A DNA stretch of 64,000 nucleotides from Bdellovibrionota bacterium. GTDB taxonomy: Bacteria; Bdellovibrionota; FAC87; UBA2466. The notes beneath the pieces are model-generated. The model saw only the letters and a program-made list of their open reading frames with translations, had not been told where the DNA came from and made no database searches. Both the position numbers and the translations under genes were made by a program. Shown piece after piece: positions 35,994 to 45,599 of the stretch (its first letter is position 1; each line of letters opens with the position of its first letter). The stretch is taken from NCBI GenBank assembly GCA_041749855.1, contig JBGTAN010000002.1:17055-81054 (forward strand). The letters are read 5' to 3'.

Positions 35994-36719
35994 TTATCTC
36001 CCAAAAACAAGCCCTGCTTGCAGGTAACCCATGACGTTGTGCTCCATGGAACTCGATGTCAGACGCTTTTCCCGGTAAAAGTAGTCTTTAAAGCCCGCGC
36101 GCATGGAGAAGTTTTTCCCCAGCCAAAAGGCAATCCCCGCATCCGCTACCGCGGCGACTTCACGACCGCTCAACATCCACACCATGCCGGGTCCCAGTGC
36201 TATGTACTGATCGAAGTAGAAAACCTTATCCATCGAAAAACGAAGTTTTCCGTAGAACAAGTGGTAGCCCACTTGAAAATCTGCGCGGTACTTCGCCACC
36301 GAAACATCGGGGACGATCCCGCTCAGCTGGATTCCCTTTTCTCCGCCCTTGGTCAGCTCGTTGAAAACATAGTTCCCGGCGAAAGAAACGTACCACCGAT
36401 TGCTCAAGTAGAATCGGTAGGCTGCATCCAGGCTTTGCGAAGAGAGGAAGCTATCCGAGGTGAAGTTCCTAGATCCTCCCACCGAAATCTCACTACGAAA
36501 ACGCAGGGGAGAAAAGCGGGTTTGCACCGCAAACATCTCTTCGCTGGTGATACCCGCAGGCGCTTGATTGCCGGCGGTCCCAAGCGCATCCAATGCCGCT
36601 TCCAAGTTGGTATCTGTCTTGGGCTCTTCTTTCGGCGCCTCCGCGGCAAATCCCACTTGGGGAAGCAGCAGGGAGAACAGGGCCGCAACGAGACTGAGTT
36701 TTAGATTGTGCTTTTTCAT
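35994..36719 (-). CDS. Outer-membrane beta-barrel protein, GltA/B/H-like
   Basis: Signal peptide, AVQ.R, YGKL....KV.YFD.Y motif and alternating beta strands. Confidence 0.78.
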   Translation of the reverse strand: MKKHNLKLSLVAALFSLLLPQVGFAAEAPKEEPKTDTNLEAALDALGTAGNQAPAGITSEEMFAVQTRFSPLRFRSEISVGGSRNFTSDSFLSSQSLDAAYRFYLSNRWYVSFAGNYVFNELTKGGEKGIQLSGIVPDVSVAKYRADFQVGYHLFYGKLRFSMDKVFYFDQYIALGPGMVWMLSGREVAAVADAGIAFWLGKNFSMRAGFKDYFYREKRLTSSSMEHNVMGYLQAGLVFGR

Positions 36720-38752
36720 TGATTCACCAATCCCTTCAGCCAGGTTTTGACTAGCCGACTATCCGCTGGGCTCGTGACGATATCGCCAAACTCGATACCC
36801 GCTACAATGAGCCTTCCACCCGCCGTGCGCTTACAACTTTGCACCACCGGTATGGGGGTTTCGCCTGCTTTCGTCAGAAAGAGCAGTGACCTACAAGCCG
36901 TCCCAAACAAACCGCCGTTGTAGTCTACGGGCGCCGGCCGCTCCGATTCGCCTGTCAGACCCGCATTCAACTTGATAGGACTGCTAGGCAGAGTAAGCCC
37001 ACTCGCCGGGGCAACTTCGAGGGTGTACCCCGTGATGTCTGCGAGCCGATTTCCAACCCGGACACCTATGGCATCCATCTCGTCCCCCAGCGCGCCTTCT
37101 AGCTTGCCTGCGAGCGGTGTACTGATGACCACGTCCGTAATATCGGCTGCTAGTTTTTCCATCGGCCCAATGGCAGAGGGTTCTGCTAGAGCGGTGGTAC
37201 CCATGAAGACCGTTTTGCGTAAGACGGTTAGCCGCGGATCGGAGAGCTGTAACACCGGGTTTGCCACTTGCGCCGATTCGAACAGAGCGGAACTCGCGCG
37301 CACTTCTGGATCCGTCGGCCCCTCACCGAAGAGCAGGACTGAGCTCCAGCTCCAGGGTAGGACTTCAACCAAGAACGTCTCCGATTTTACAACACTGAAA
37401 ACCGATGTCGCTTCGAGAGTGATTTGCTTGAGACCCGCTTTTCTGCCAGTGATTTCAAGCTGTCCATTCGCCCACTTCACTTCGTTCGCAAGTGTCGACG
37501 GGAGGACTTTCACGATGGGTGGCGTGGTCGAAAACTCTCCATCCCGCACACGCACTGGAATAGTGATTTTCTCCTGCTCTCGAACGTACCGAACCGTGCC
37601 CAAGGGAAACAGGGTCCGATCAATAATCGGAGGCTCATGCGTTTCATTCTCAAATGAAATTGCGACTTCATTCGTTTTGCAGAAGCTCTTGGAGTTGCGG
37701 GACTGCTGAACGCAGGTGGCGAACCTAACTTTCTGTGTAGTGCCAATCTTGTCAGGAGGAATCTGCGTCCATCGAAATGAGTAAACAACTGAGGGATTGA
37801 TTCCCTTTACTGCATTACCCACACCGCGCGTCTCTTCCTTGAGCTCCGCAATTCCGAACGTGGGCTTAGGCGACATGATAATGGTAGGCGGCACTTCGCC
37901 ATTCACATCCTCAGCGCTGATCACAAAACCCGCTGAAGTCCCTTGGGTCACCTTGGTAGGTAACAAGGTCGTCGGAAACTGCCGCTCATCCAAAATCTTC
38001 CAGGTCATCTTCCCTGAAACGTTGATTCCCCGAGGACCGAATGCAGTAAGCGTGATCGCTTTCTCAACCGAGGGAGGAATCGAGTAAGAGGTGTTCGTTA
38101 GTACATTCACTTCGCGGAACGAAGGAGTGTAACGAATTTTGAACTTCGCGAGGTTCGTCAGATCGCGATGAATCTCCACACCGACCGGCATATTCTCGAT
38201 CTGGAGGTCGAATGGCCCTTGTGGGTAGTCCGAGCTGAAAACGGTAACCTGCTGCTCATGCACCTTCCCCTCGTAAAGGATTACGGGTGCGGGTGGAAGT
38301 GGCATAGAAACATTCTGGGGGACGTCACGTACAACGATCATCATCGAACGAGAAGTAACCGTCGTTCGGTTCTCGGAACTGCTCAGGCTGAAACGAATGG
38401 TGTACGGGCGGACAATCATCGTCGTATCACGCGGATCGTTAGCGGCATTGAATCCAGGGATCCACCGGAACAGGCGGGTTGCATCATCATAAGTTGCACC
38501 GGGCGGCATTCCTTGGATTTCAACTATCGGTAGCCCGGGCGCTGGAACGGTTGCCCCTAGGGTGAATTCCAGCTTCTGCCCTTCATGCACGTACAGGGAT
38601 TCTTGTTCTGGGAACTCTAGAATGAGCGGCGGCAACGCCGGGGCTAACTTGGGTAGCTCTCCCTGTACCAGGCGTCCATCTGTTGGAAACGGATTCTGTT
38701 TGCAACCTGCGATCACCAGGCCGATGGCAAACAAGACATTCAGTCGTTTCAT
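36716..38752 (-). CDS. Lipoprotein with Ig/cadherin-like repeats
   Basis: Lipobox IAGC. Pro-rich units such as V.EG..L.F and MP.GATYD....F.W.P. Confidence 0.7.
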   Translation of the reverse strand: MKRLNVLFAIGLVIAGCKQNPFPTDGRLVQGELPKLAPALPPLILEFPEQESLYVHEGQKLEFTLGATVPAPGLPIVEIQGMPPGATYDDATRLFRWIPGFNAANDPRDTTMIVRPYTIRFSLSSSENRTTVTSRSMMIVVRDVPQNVSMPLPPAPVILYEGKVHEQQVTVFSSDYPQGPFDLQIENMPVGVEIHRDLTNLAKFKIRYTPSFREVNVLTNTSYSIPPSVEKAITLTAFGPRGINVSGKMTWKILDERQFPTTLLPTKVTQGTSAGFVISAEDVNGEVPPTIIMSPKPTFGIAELKEETRGVGNAVKGINPSVVYSFRWTQIPPDKIGTTQKVRFATCVQQSRNSKSFCKTNEVAISFENETHEPPIIDRTLFPLGTVRYVREQEKITIPVRVRDGEFSTTPPIVKVLPSTLANEVKWANGQLEITGRKAGLKQITLEATSVFSVVKSETFLVEVLPWSWSSVLLFGEGPTDPEVRASSALFESAQVANPVLQLSDPRLTVLRKTVFMGTTALAEPSAIGPMEKLAADITDVVISTPLAGKLEGALGDEMDAIGVRVGNRLADITGYTLEVAPASGLTLPSSPIKLNAGLTGESERPAPVDYNGGLFGTACRSLLFLTKAGETPIPVVQSCKRTAGGRLIVAGIEFGDIVTSPADSRLVKTWLKGLVNQ

Positions 38753-38773
38753 GCGTTTCTCGCTCCTCTAGAT

Positions 38774-39991
38774 TTAAGAATTCACCGGTCGCAACAAGAA
38801 CGGGTAGGAAACTTTCACGTTCACACCGCCCACGGGCTTCGGAAAATCCCAAGTCATCATCTTCGTGGCGATGCAACTACCCACTTCATCGTCACCCAAG
38901 GAAGATTTGTTCACTTTGGCAAAATTCAATCTTCCCGTGCCGCCAATCTCAAATCCCATCGTCACTTGTCCTTGGAGTGCGGCATTCCGACGCAGTCCCA
39001 ATTCATAGCAAGCGCGTACTTGGCTGAGGTATTTGGCGATGGTGGCAGCAATCACGGCGCGATCGAGGCCCCCATCCAGTTCGATGTCCGACGATAGAGG
39101 CAGTGTGGACAGGGAACGTCCATTGCCTGACCCTACTCCCGCACCGGTTCCGGAACCGACCAGGGTATCGCCATAGCCGCCAGCTCCCCCGCCTGGTCCT
39201 TTTCCACCGCCCACGCCTCCGAGCCCCGCAAGTCCTGTGTTGCCCACGGTCGTGCGCTTTACGCCTTGACCGATGCCGACGAGCATTTCTCCGCCTGAAC
39301 CCTTGTCGCCTTCAATTCCAGCGCCGGGACTGACATTCTGCATCTGGGAGGGAATACCACCGACCGCGTTCTTCAATTCTTTTTTGCCCAGCATTCCCAG
39401 AAAGCCGAGGTTCTGAGCGACGGCACGTTTACCGCCGTCATCTTTCTTCGTAGCGACCAGCTCGGGCGGCGGCGCAATGGTAGGCGCAGGAATGCGTACG
39501 GCGTTCGCAGGAGGCGCGACCGTCACAGTAACCGGTTCCGGCAAAGTTTCTGAAGGAACCTCAACAGCGGTAGGTGCGAGCCACAATCCGATGGAAAGCA
39601 GGAAGAACAGCAGGGCAAAAAGCAAAACCCATTTGCGGCCCACTTCGTTTTCATGGTCCTCAGGAAAATGATCGTCCGCAAGTTCGGCGGAGGACGTTAC
39701 AAGAAAAGTGCCCTGTGGGGACTTAAGCTGCCAGGTGCCATCCTCCATGGCGCTCGCCGTGCAGCCCTCCAACGCAGCGACACGGACCGTATCGTTCTCC
39801 TTCTTCAGATTGAAGCGGAACAGCCACTCGGACCTCCGGTTCGACAAACCGTGTGCCTTACGATTATTCAATCGCTGAGCCGACGCCTTCTCGCTGATGA
39901 ATCCGAAGAGCCGGTGAAAGCCAAAAGCACCTTCTGCACCGAGAGGGATTGCTCGAATTAAATCTCCTTGCGCGTTCGCAATCGCGATCAT
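38774..39991 (-). CDS. AgmX/PglI-type TonB-C domain protein (GltG-like)
   Basis: TM and Gly-rich linker, then GGLDR..I...I......VRACYE..L and FPKP.GGV.V.VSYPF. Confidence 0.85.
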   Translation of the reverse strand: MIAIANAQGDLIRAIPLGAEGAFGFHRLFGFISEKASAQRLNNRKAHGLSNRRSEWLFRFNLKKENDTVRVAALEGCTASAMEDGTWQLKSPQGTFLVTSSAELADDHFPEDHENEVGRKWVLLFALLFFLLSIGLWLAPTAVEVPSETLPEPVTVTVAPPANAVRIPAPTIAPPPELVATKKDDGGKRAVAQNLGFLGMLGKKELKNAVGGIPSQMQNVSPGAGIEGDKGSGGEMLVGIGQGVKRTTVGNTGLAGLGGVGGGKGPGGGAGGYGDTLVGSGTGAGVGSGNGRSLSTLPLSSDIELDGGLDRAVIAATIAKYLSQVRACYELGLRRNAALQGQVTMGFEIGGTGRLNFAKVNKSSLGDDEVGSCIATKMMTWDFPKPVGGVNVKVSYPFLLRPVNS

Positions 39992-40263
39992 GGAATCTCC
40001 TCCCCTGCATCAATGGCTACTCGGTCCAAGAAATTCTCGCGCAACCGAAGCAATCCATCGGTGCCCCCATTCGCGTCACCCGTAACGACCGAGATATCTG
40101 GTCTCTGAATTTGCCCCTGAAGCAGCAACGCTTCGAAATCCACGTCTTTGGCCTTGCGATAGCGCACTTTGCTTTGCGCTTCTGCCGGGGGAGGCGTCGA
40201 TTCTGCCGCAAAAGCCGCACTCGAAAACGCCATCAGTAGGGCTAGCACGTATACGCTTTTCAA
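39988..40263 (-). CDS. CglF/GltF-like small periplasmic protein
   Basis: Signal peptide and VRYRK..VDFE..LLQGQIQRP...LLRLRENF pattern. Confidence 0.7.
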   Translation of the reverse strand: MKSVYVLALLMAFSSAAFAAESTPPPAEAQSKVRYRKAKDVDFEALLLQGQIQRPDISVVTGDANGGTDGLLRLRENFLDRVAIDAGEEIP

Positions 40264-43091
40264 TTGGCACCTCCGGATTGGAGAATTCGACCCTGGAAGT
40301 AGGAAGCCAGGCGCTCTTTCCCCTGCGATTCGTAAAAAGCTTTGATCTCTTTCAGCGCCGTTACCGAAGCAGGATCTTCATGCAATACGGCCAGTGCTTT
40401 CTTCATCGGTTCGTCGCTCGATGGGGCGACGAGGGGCGTTTTGGGCGCTTCTTCCACTTTTGCGATCAAGCCGAGATCGGCATCAGGAAGTAGCAACGCC
40501 TCCAGAGCGGCCCGCTCGGAAACCACCGAAATGGAGGCCATCTGCTCGCGAGCCAGCTTCTCATAGTCCGCTGCCTTAGCTTGAAACGGGGCCGCCATTG
40601 CGGTGAGCGAGGCTTGCACTTCGGCGAGCATCTCGGGAGACAGTTCGCCCGGCAACGGGCTGTTCAAAATCTCTTTCGAAAAATCCGTGTAGGCCTTGGT
40701 CAGCAAAACCGCGATGCGCGCCCGGGTCTTCGCATCCGCTCCCGCAAAATACTTCACCGAACCGTTATCCAGCGCCGTAATCGAAGCCAGGCGGTCTTTG
40801 AACTTCTTCTGACCATTGCGCCCGTAGAACCCAATCTTGCGCTGAGCCGCATCCTGCTTCGCAAGTTCTTCGAGCACAAATCGTGACCAGGCAACACCCG
40901 CTGCCTTGGTACTTGCAAGCAGCTCTTTTCGTGTACGAGCACTTCCTTTGCCTTCGAGTTCGAGACTGTTGGCGAGACGCAGTCGGTTACTTTCCGACCA
41001 GGGCAATTCCAACGCTTCGGGTCCCAGTAGCTTCGCGTCCATCAACGTGGCGTAGATGATGTCCTCGTGTTCGCCAGCCGACTTGCGCTGTTTCATACGC
41101 TTGGTGACTTCCACCAAAAGGTCGTTGCGGTCTGTGAACCGTCCACCCAACTCAAACAGAAGCGCGACTTTCAAGTACTCGGCGTCGCTCGATTTGGCAT
41201 TCAAAGCCTTTTGCTGAATCTCTGCGGACTCAGCAAAAAACCCAGCCGCTTCGTACTCTGAAGCCAGTTCCGAAGTTTGGTTCAGATGCTTGAGCATCGC
41301 GAGAATCGCCTTCTGATCTTTGAGCTTCACCGCCAGAACACGCGCGTTGTCGCACGACTTTGGCAAAAACTTGCCGGCCAAACAGTAGGTTTGGAAAGTA
41401 GCGAGCGCTTCTGGATTCTCACCCAAACCCACAGCGGCTTCGAACCGAGCTTCTTCGCGAACCGCAGCCAAGTGCTTCAGACCCTCATCCCAAACTTTTT
41501 TTTCTTTGGCCGCTTTGGCGGCCGAATTTACGAGCGCGCTGTCCACCCAATTGCCTGCAACCTTCGCAATCTCCGTGTTGCGCTTCTGATCCACAAGGAT
41601 ATCGACCATGAGCAGCCCGCCGCGAAAGGTCCATGGATCCTGAACGGAATCGGGCTGCGCCCAAGTTTGCAACTGTGCGTAAGCCTCATCTGCGCGACCT
41701 GCTTCTTTCATCGCCAATGCGTTGATGAATTTGTATTCGCGTACACGACCCGGATCTTTTACGATCGAAGCCAATTTCCCAGACTCCGCTTCAACAATCG
41801 CCGAATCTTTCGCCTTGCCCGCAAGTGCCAAGCGAATCTCCCGCAGCTTGATCTCTTCAGCGTCGGTAAGTGCGAGTGCGGGATTGCCCACCCACTCTTC
41901 AATCTTTTTCATCTTGGCGGCCGGATCGGTCTCAGAAGCGAGCCAACCTTCGATCATTTTAAAGCGATCCTTGTCCTTCGGAAAAAGGCGGAGATAGAGC
42001 AGCACCACTGACTTAAACTCGGGAGCATATTGCGCGCGCGTGGCACGCTCTCCATCCAACTGAACGCTCAAGCGCCGCAAGGTCTTCTCAGTCTTGGGAT
42101 CGATAGTCTCCGGCACGGGCGTGTTGGCTACTTGGTCGAGAACGAGACGGAATTTGTCCCACTGGCGTAAACCGTACAACTCTTCGAGCAGGCGAACCTG
42201 GTGGGCCATAGAAGGTGTGCGCTGATTGACGTGCTCCAAAGCGCGGGTTCCAGCAACCCGATTCCCCACGGAATAGTACGCTTCTGCGAGATCCAAATAG
42301 AGTGACGGGCGCGCGAGCTTGTCGGCCAGCTTCTCAACGAGCAGCAAGCCTTTTTCACCGTCGGTTCCCGGCTCACCGGCTGAAAAAACAATCAAATCTC
42401 GAACGGCTTCTTCGCGCGGCTGCCCCTTAGAGTCGAAAAGCGCAACTTGAAGTTCGCTGATAGCACCTTGCAGGTCGCCCGCTTCACGCAGCAGCCATGC
42501 ACGACGGTAGTGGCCATAAGCACAAACATCGCTCTCGCCGCAGAGTTCAATCGCAGTCAGGTAGTACTTGTCTGCTTCTTTCAGAGCGGCTTGTGACTTC
42601 TGCTTCTCATAGTACTCGGCAAGTCGAAGTGCCGCTTCTCGGCGAAGGTCTTTGAGTTCTTCTTGGGCATAGAGCTTTTTCCAAAGCGTGTTGGCCGCAT
42701 CGACTTTGCCTTGCTCTGTGTATAGACGAGCCAATTGGAATTCAATTTTATAGGCTAACGCCCCGGTGGCACCTGGGTGATACTGAGTGCCTTTTAGCGC
42801 TTCTTCGTAAAGAGCTACTGTCTTGGCTCTCAACGCATTCGAAGCTGCTTTTTCCTTGTCGGTCGCAAGCGCATTTCCGCTCTGGTCGACCCCGATATCA
42901 AACAGAACGTCCGCAAGCCGCAAAGTCAGCGTAGGACGAGCGCCATCTTTAAGGGGAAGTGAATTGCGCAGGGCTTCGATATCTTTTGCCAGCTGGGGGT
43001 CTCCAGCTCGAGCAACACTCGACGCGAGCAAGACGGCAATCAACGCTGGTCTCGTGTACTTAAATAACGTCACTTTTCGGTACCCCCCCAT
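40260..43091 (-). CDS. Large TPR periplasmic protein (GltD/AgmU-like)
   Basis: Signal peptide, LRLAD.LFD, multiple TPR helices and C-terminal SPLP..L. Confidence 0.75.
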   Translation of the reverse strand: MGGYRKVTLFKYTRPALIAVLLASSVARAGDPQLAKDIEALRNSLPLKDGARPTLTLRLADVLFDIGVDQSGNALATDKEKAASNALRAKTVALYEEALKGTQYHPGATGALAYKIEFQLARLYTEQGKVDAANTLWKKLYAQEELKDLRREAALRLAEYYEKQKSQAALKEADKYYLTAIELCGESDVCAYGHYRRAWLLREAGDLQGAISELQVALFDSKGQPREEAVRDLIVFSAGEPGTDGEKGLLLVEKLADKLARPSLYLDLAEAYYSVGNRVAGTRALEHVNQRTPSMAHQVRLLEELYGLRQWDKFRLVLDQVANTPVPETIDPKTEKTLRRLSVQLDGERATRAQYAPEFKSVVLLYLRLFPKDKDRFKMIEGWLASETDPAAKMKKIEEWVGNPALALTDAEEIKLREIRLALAGKAKDSAIVEAESGKLASIVKDPGRVREYKFINALAMKEAGRADEAYAQLQTWAQPDSVQDPWTFRGGLLMVDILVDQKRNTEIAKVAGNWVDSALVNSAAKAAKEKKVWDEGLKHLAAVREEARFEAAVGLGENPEALATFQTYCLAGKFLPKSCDNARVLAVKLKDQKAILAMLKHLNQTSELASEYEAAGFFAESAEIQQKALNAKSSDAEYLKVALLFELGGRFTDRNDLLVEVTKRMKQRKSAGEHEDIIYATLMDAKLLGPEALELPWSESNRLRLANSLELEGKGSARTRKELLASTKAAGVAWSRFVLEELAKQDAAQRKIGFYGRNGQKKFKDRLASITALDNGSVKYFAGADAKTRARIAVLLTKAYTDFSKEILNSPLPGELSPEMLAEVQASLTAMAAPFQAKAADYEKLAREQMASISVVSERAALEALLLPDADLGLIAKVEEAPKTPLVAPSSDEPMKKALAVLHEDPASVTALKEIKAFYESQGKERLASYFQGRILQSGGAN

Positions 43092-43127
43092 AAAAACCCT
43101 GAAACCCGAAAGCGGAACTGCAGCGAA

Positions 43128-43643
43128 TCAGCCGCCAGAAATTACCGCTAGCTGAATCGAACCATAGTGTGCGCTCGGAAGAATCGCCATGAGTTGAGAG
43201 ATCGTGGTGCTCGATACTTCCTTGTGGGCCTGAAGAATAATTTCACCTGGAAACGCCGTGTTCGGATTCCCCGCCATCCATTGCTTGCGAAGTTCCCCGA
43301 GTTTCGAAAGCAAGGCGCTAGGCTCCGCGAGAACTTTGTCCACGGGTCCAATGCTTTTTTGGTCGATAAAAACGCCTTCGGTTGCAACCGCAATCACGGG
43401 AGCATCCTGGATCTCCAGTCCGGTGATGGCGTTAGGAAGCGTCACACCTTTCATCATCACCAGCAATTCCGGCGAAGCCGAATAAGCCTGGAGCAAAAAG
43501 ATCACCAAAAGGCTGAACATGTCCACCATGGGCGTGAGCATCAAGTTCGAAACGATATTACGTCGCCCCTTGCGACCCTTGCCGCGACCCACGAGGTGGT
43601 GTGCAAAAACGCCTGGTTTGAGTGTGCTGGCCGTTAAGCTCAT
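43128..43643 (-). CDS. ExbD/TolR family motor subunit (AglS-like)
   Basis: LMLTPMVDMFSLLVIFLL with the conserved Asp. ATGA coupling with the upstream gene. Confidence 0.85.
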   Translation of the reverse strand: MSLTASTLKPGVFAHHLVGRGKGRKGRRNIVSNLMLTPMVDMFSLLVIFLLQAYSASPELLVMMKGVTLPNAITGLEIQDAPVIAVATEGVFIDQKSIGPVDKVLAEPSALLSKLGELRKQWMAGNPNTAFPGEIILQAHKEVSSTTISQLMAILPSAHYGSIQLAVISGG

Positions 43644-44152
43644 TTTGCCCCCACCGGAACAACTCCCAGATTGACGATGTGGTGCTTGCGCAAAACATCC
43701 ATCGCGGAGACGAGGTTCCCGTAAGTCACGCCCGCTTTGGGCGTCACCATTGCTGCAGAGACTTGAGAAACGGCTGGTTTGCCCGTGTCGACTTTCGTAG
43801 GAGCTCCCAACCAACTCGTCAGCTGAGAATCCATTGACGCCAAGACCGCGCTAAACTCAGCGCCTTCGAATGCGGCTTTCTTGAAGGCCTTGCCGTTCTT
43901 TTTGAGCGCCAGCTGAACTTTATTCGGGCCGCCGAACTGAACATCCAGCTCCATATCACCCGGTTTCGAAGCGGCTCCTTCCGTACCGTGACTCTGCTTC
44001 ACCTGCAGGGTGCTGATCTGCATCCACACAGCGGTCATCAGAAGAAAACAGATACAAACCGAGAGCAAGTCGATGAAAGGGACTAGATTGATCTCCGCAT
44101 CTAAGCTCCGCTTCCCTCCAGAAGAGGGAAGCATAGGTCCTGCTCCAGCCAT
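43640..44152 (-). CDS. ExbD/TolR family motor subunit (AglQ/AglV-like)
   Basis: INLVPFIDLLSVCICFLL and YG.LV.AMD motifs. Confidence 0.87.
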   Translation of the reverse strand: MAGAGPMLPSSGGKRSLDAEINLVPFIDLLSVCICFLLMTAVWMQISTLQVKQSHGTEGAASKPGDMELDVQFGGPNKVQLALKKNGKAFKKAAFEGAEFSAVLASMDSQLTSWLGAPTKVDTGKPAVSQVSAAMVTPKAGVTYGNLVSAMDVLRKHHIVNLGVVPVGAK

Positions 44153-44869
44153 TTATGCCCCCACGGGTTGTGGGTTCGTGCTGAAACTCGGTACTGCTTT
44201 GCTTGCGGTTTGCTTCACAGGCTCTGCGCTGCCCGCTTCCGTGAAGAACAGAAGATCGTGATAGATCTGAGCCGTGAGCTGAGTGAGCTGCGTCACAATC
44301 CGATCCGTTCGATTCTGGAAAACCGCATAGGCAACCAATGCCGGAATCGCGACCAGAAGACCGAAGGCGGTACAGTTCATCGCTTCCGAAATACCCGCCG
44401 ACAACATCGTTGCACGCTCTGCAGGGTTAGCACTCGCGACAGCAGCAAAGGATGAGATCATCCCGCTAATCGTTCCGAGTAGACCTAACAAAGTAGAGAC
44501 GTTCCCGAACATGGCCAAGAAGCCGGTCCGTCGGTCGATTTTGGAAATTTCTTCCGCAAGGCGCTCGTCCATACGAGCTTGGAGCTCTTCTTCTCCCGCC
44601 GCATTCGCCCGCAGTCGGCACCCTGTTTCTACAATACCGTTGAGGGCCGTTTTCGGCTCTGAGTTGCGCGCTGCGTCTGCCGCAGCAAGAAACTCGCCCT
44701 TAGGCAAGTAATGGAGCAGTTTCTGTCTGAAATCTGCTGCCGGCTCCTTTACCGTTACGTAAAGAGCCCTGGCGCGTTCGATAATAAACCCCACCGTCGC
44801 CACCGCGAAGATGAGGATGAAATACATAAACACGCCGCCGTCATGGAACTTTTCTAAGATAACGCTCAC
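44153..44869 (-). CDS. MotA/TolQ/ExbB proton channel (AglR-like)
   Basis: TLLGLLGTI.GMI.SF and GISEAMN.TAFGL.VAIP motifs. GGAGG RBS. Confidence 0.93.
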   Translation of the reverse strand: MSVILEKFHDGGVFMYFILIFAVATVGFIIERARALYVTVKEPAADFRQKLLHYLPKGEFLAAADAARNSEPKTALNGIVETGCRLRANAAGEEELQARMDERLAEEISKIDRRTGFLAMFGNVSTLLGLLGTISGMISSFAAVASANPAERATMLSAGISEAMNCTAFGLLVAIPALVAYAVFQNRTDRIVTQLTQLTAQIYHDLLFFTEAGSAEPVKQTASKAVPSFSTNPQPVGA

Positions 44870-45020
44870 GGAACCCCCTCCAACCTATGAGAATTTCTAC
44901 TAATCAATCTCTACTATGTGCAAATGTGTCAACGCACGATTTTGACGCTGCCCACCTAAAGCCAAACACTTGTTAACGCGATACAATGTTTGCATCTCGA
45001 CTTTGGACTGGGGACTTTAA

Positions 45021-45599
45021 ATGGTGCGCAATGGGATACTTTGCTTGGAAGGCGATTGGGATGAGGGTTTGCGGCGCAGGCGCACCGTGGTCCCGGTGCT
45101 GGATCTACTGAGAAGTCAGTGGAATATCCCCTACATTCACCGCACAGCGTCAACTCGCGACGAATTTGGGCGAGTGATTAAGGAGTGGGTGAAATCGAAG
45201 TACCAAAGCTTTCCGATTCTCTATTTGGGGGTTCATGGAGCGCCCGGAGCGATTCACATTGGAAACGATAAAATTCCTCTGCGGGATCTGCATGAATTTA
45301 CCGGCAAGGGACGCGACCGCATTATTCACTTTGGGTCATGCGAGACCCTTCAAGCAACCCAACGAGAGCTTTCCGAGTTCCTCTCAAGAACCCAGTTCAC
45401 TGCCATTTGTGGATTCAAAAACGAAGTGGACTGGCTGCATTCCTGTGCTTTGGAAATTTTGATTTTGGATTTGCTGTCGAGTCGTAGGATCACACCGAAG
45501 AACATTCGCAGCTTTAAAACCCACCTCGACGCCCAAGCGAAAACTTTGGTTCGATCTTTGAAGTTTCACGTTTGGGAGCGCAATCGCGGGAAATTATAA
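45021..45599 (+). CDS. DUF6642-like protein, CHAT/caspase-like fold
   Basis: CLEGDW, ILYLGVHG, IIHFGSC.T and GF...VDW motifs. Confidence 0.7.
   Translation: MVRNGILCLEGDWDEGLRRRRTVVPVLDLLRSQWNIPYIHRTASTRDEFGRVIKEWVKSKYQSFPILYLGVHGAPGAIHIGNDKIPLRDLHEFTGKGRDRIIHFGSCETLQATQRELSEFLSRTQFTAICGFKNEVDWLHSCALEILILDLLSSRRITPKNIRSFKTHLDAQAKTLVRSLKFHVWERNRGKL

Noticed and set aside
39100-39330. Gly-rich low-complexity DNA
   Set aside because: Normal linker of GltG/AgmX-type proteins.
43644-43814. Long N-terminal extension of the second ExbD ORF
   Set aside because: It overlaps the upstream ExbD gene. ATGA coupling supports a start at 43643.
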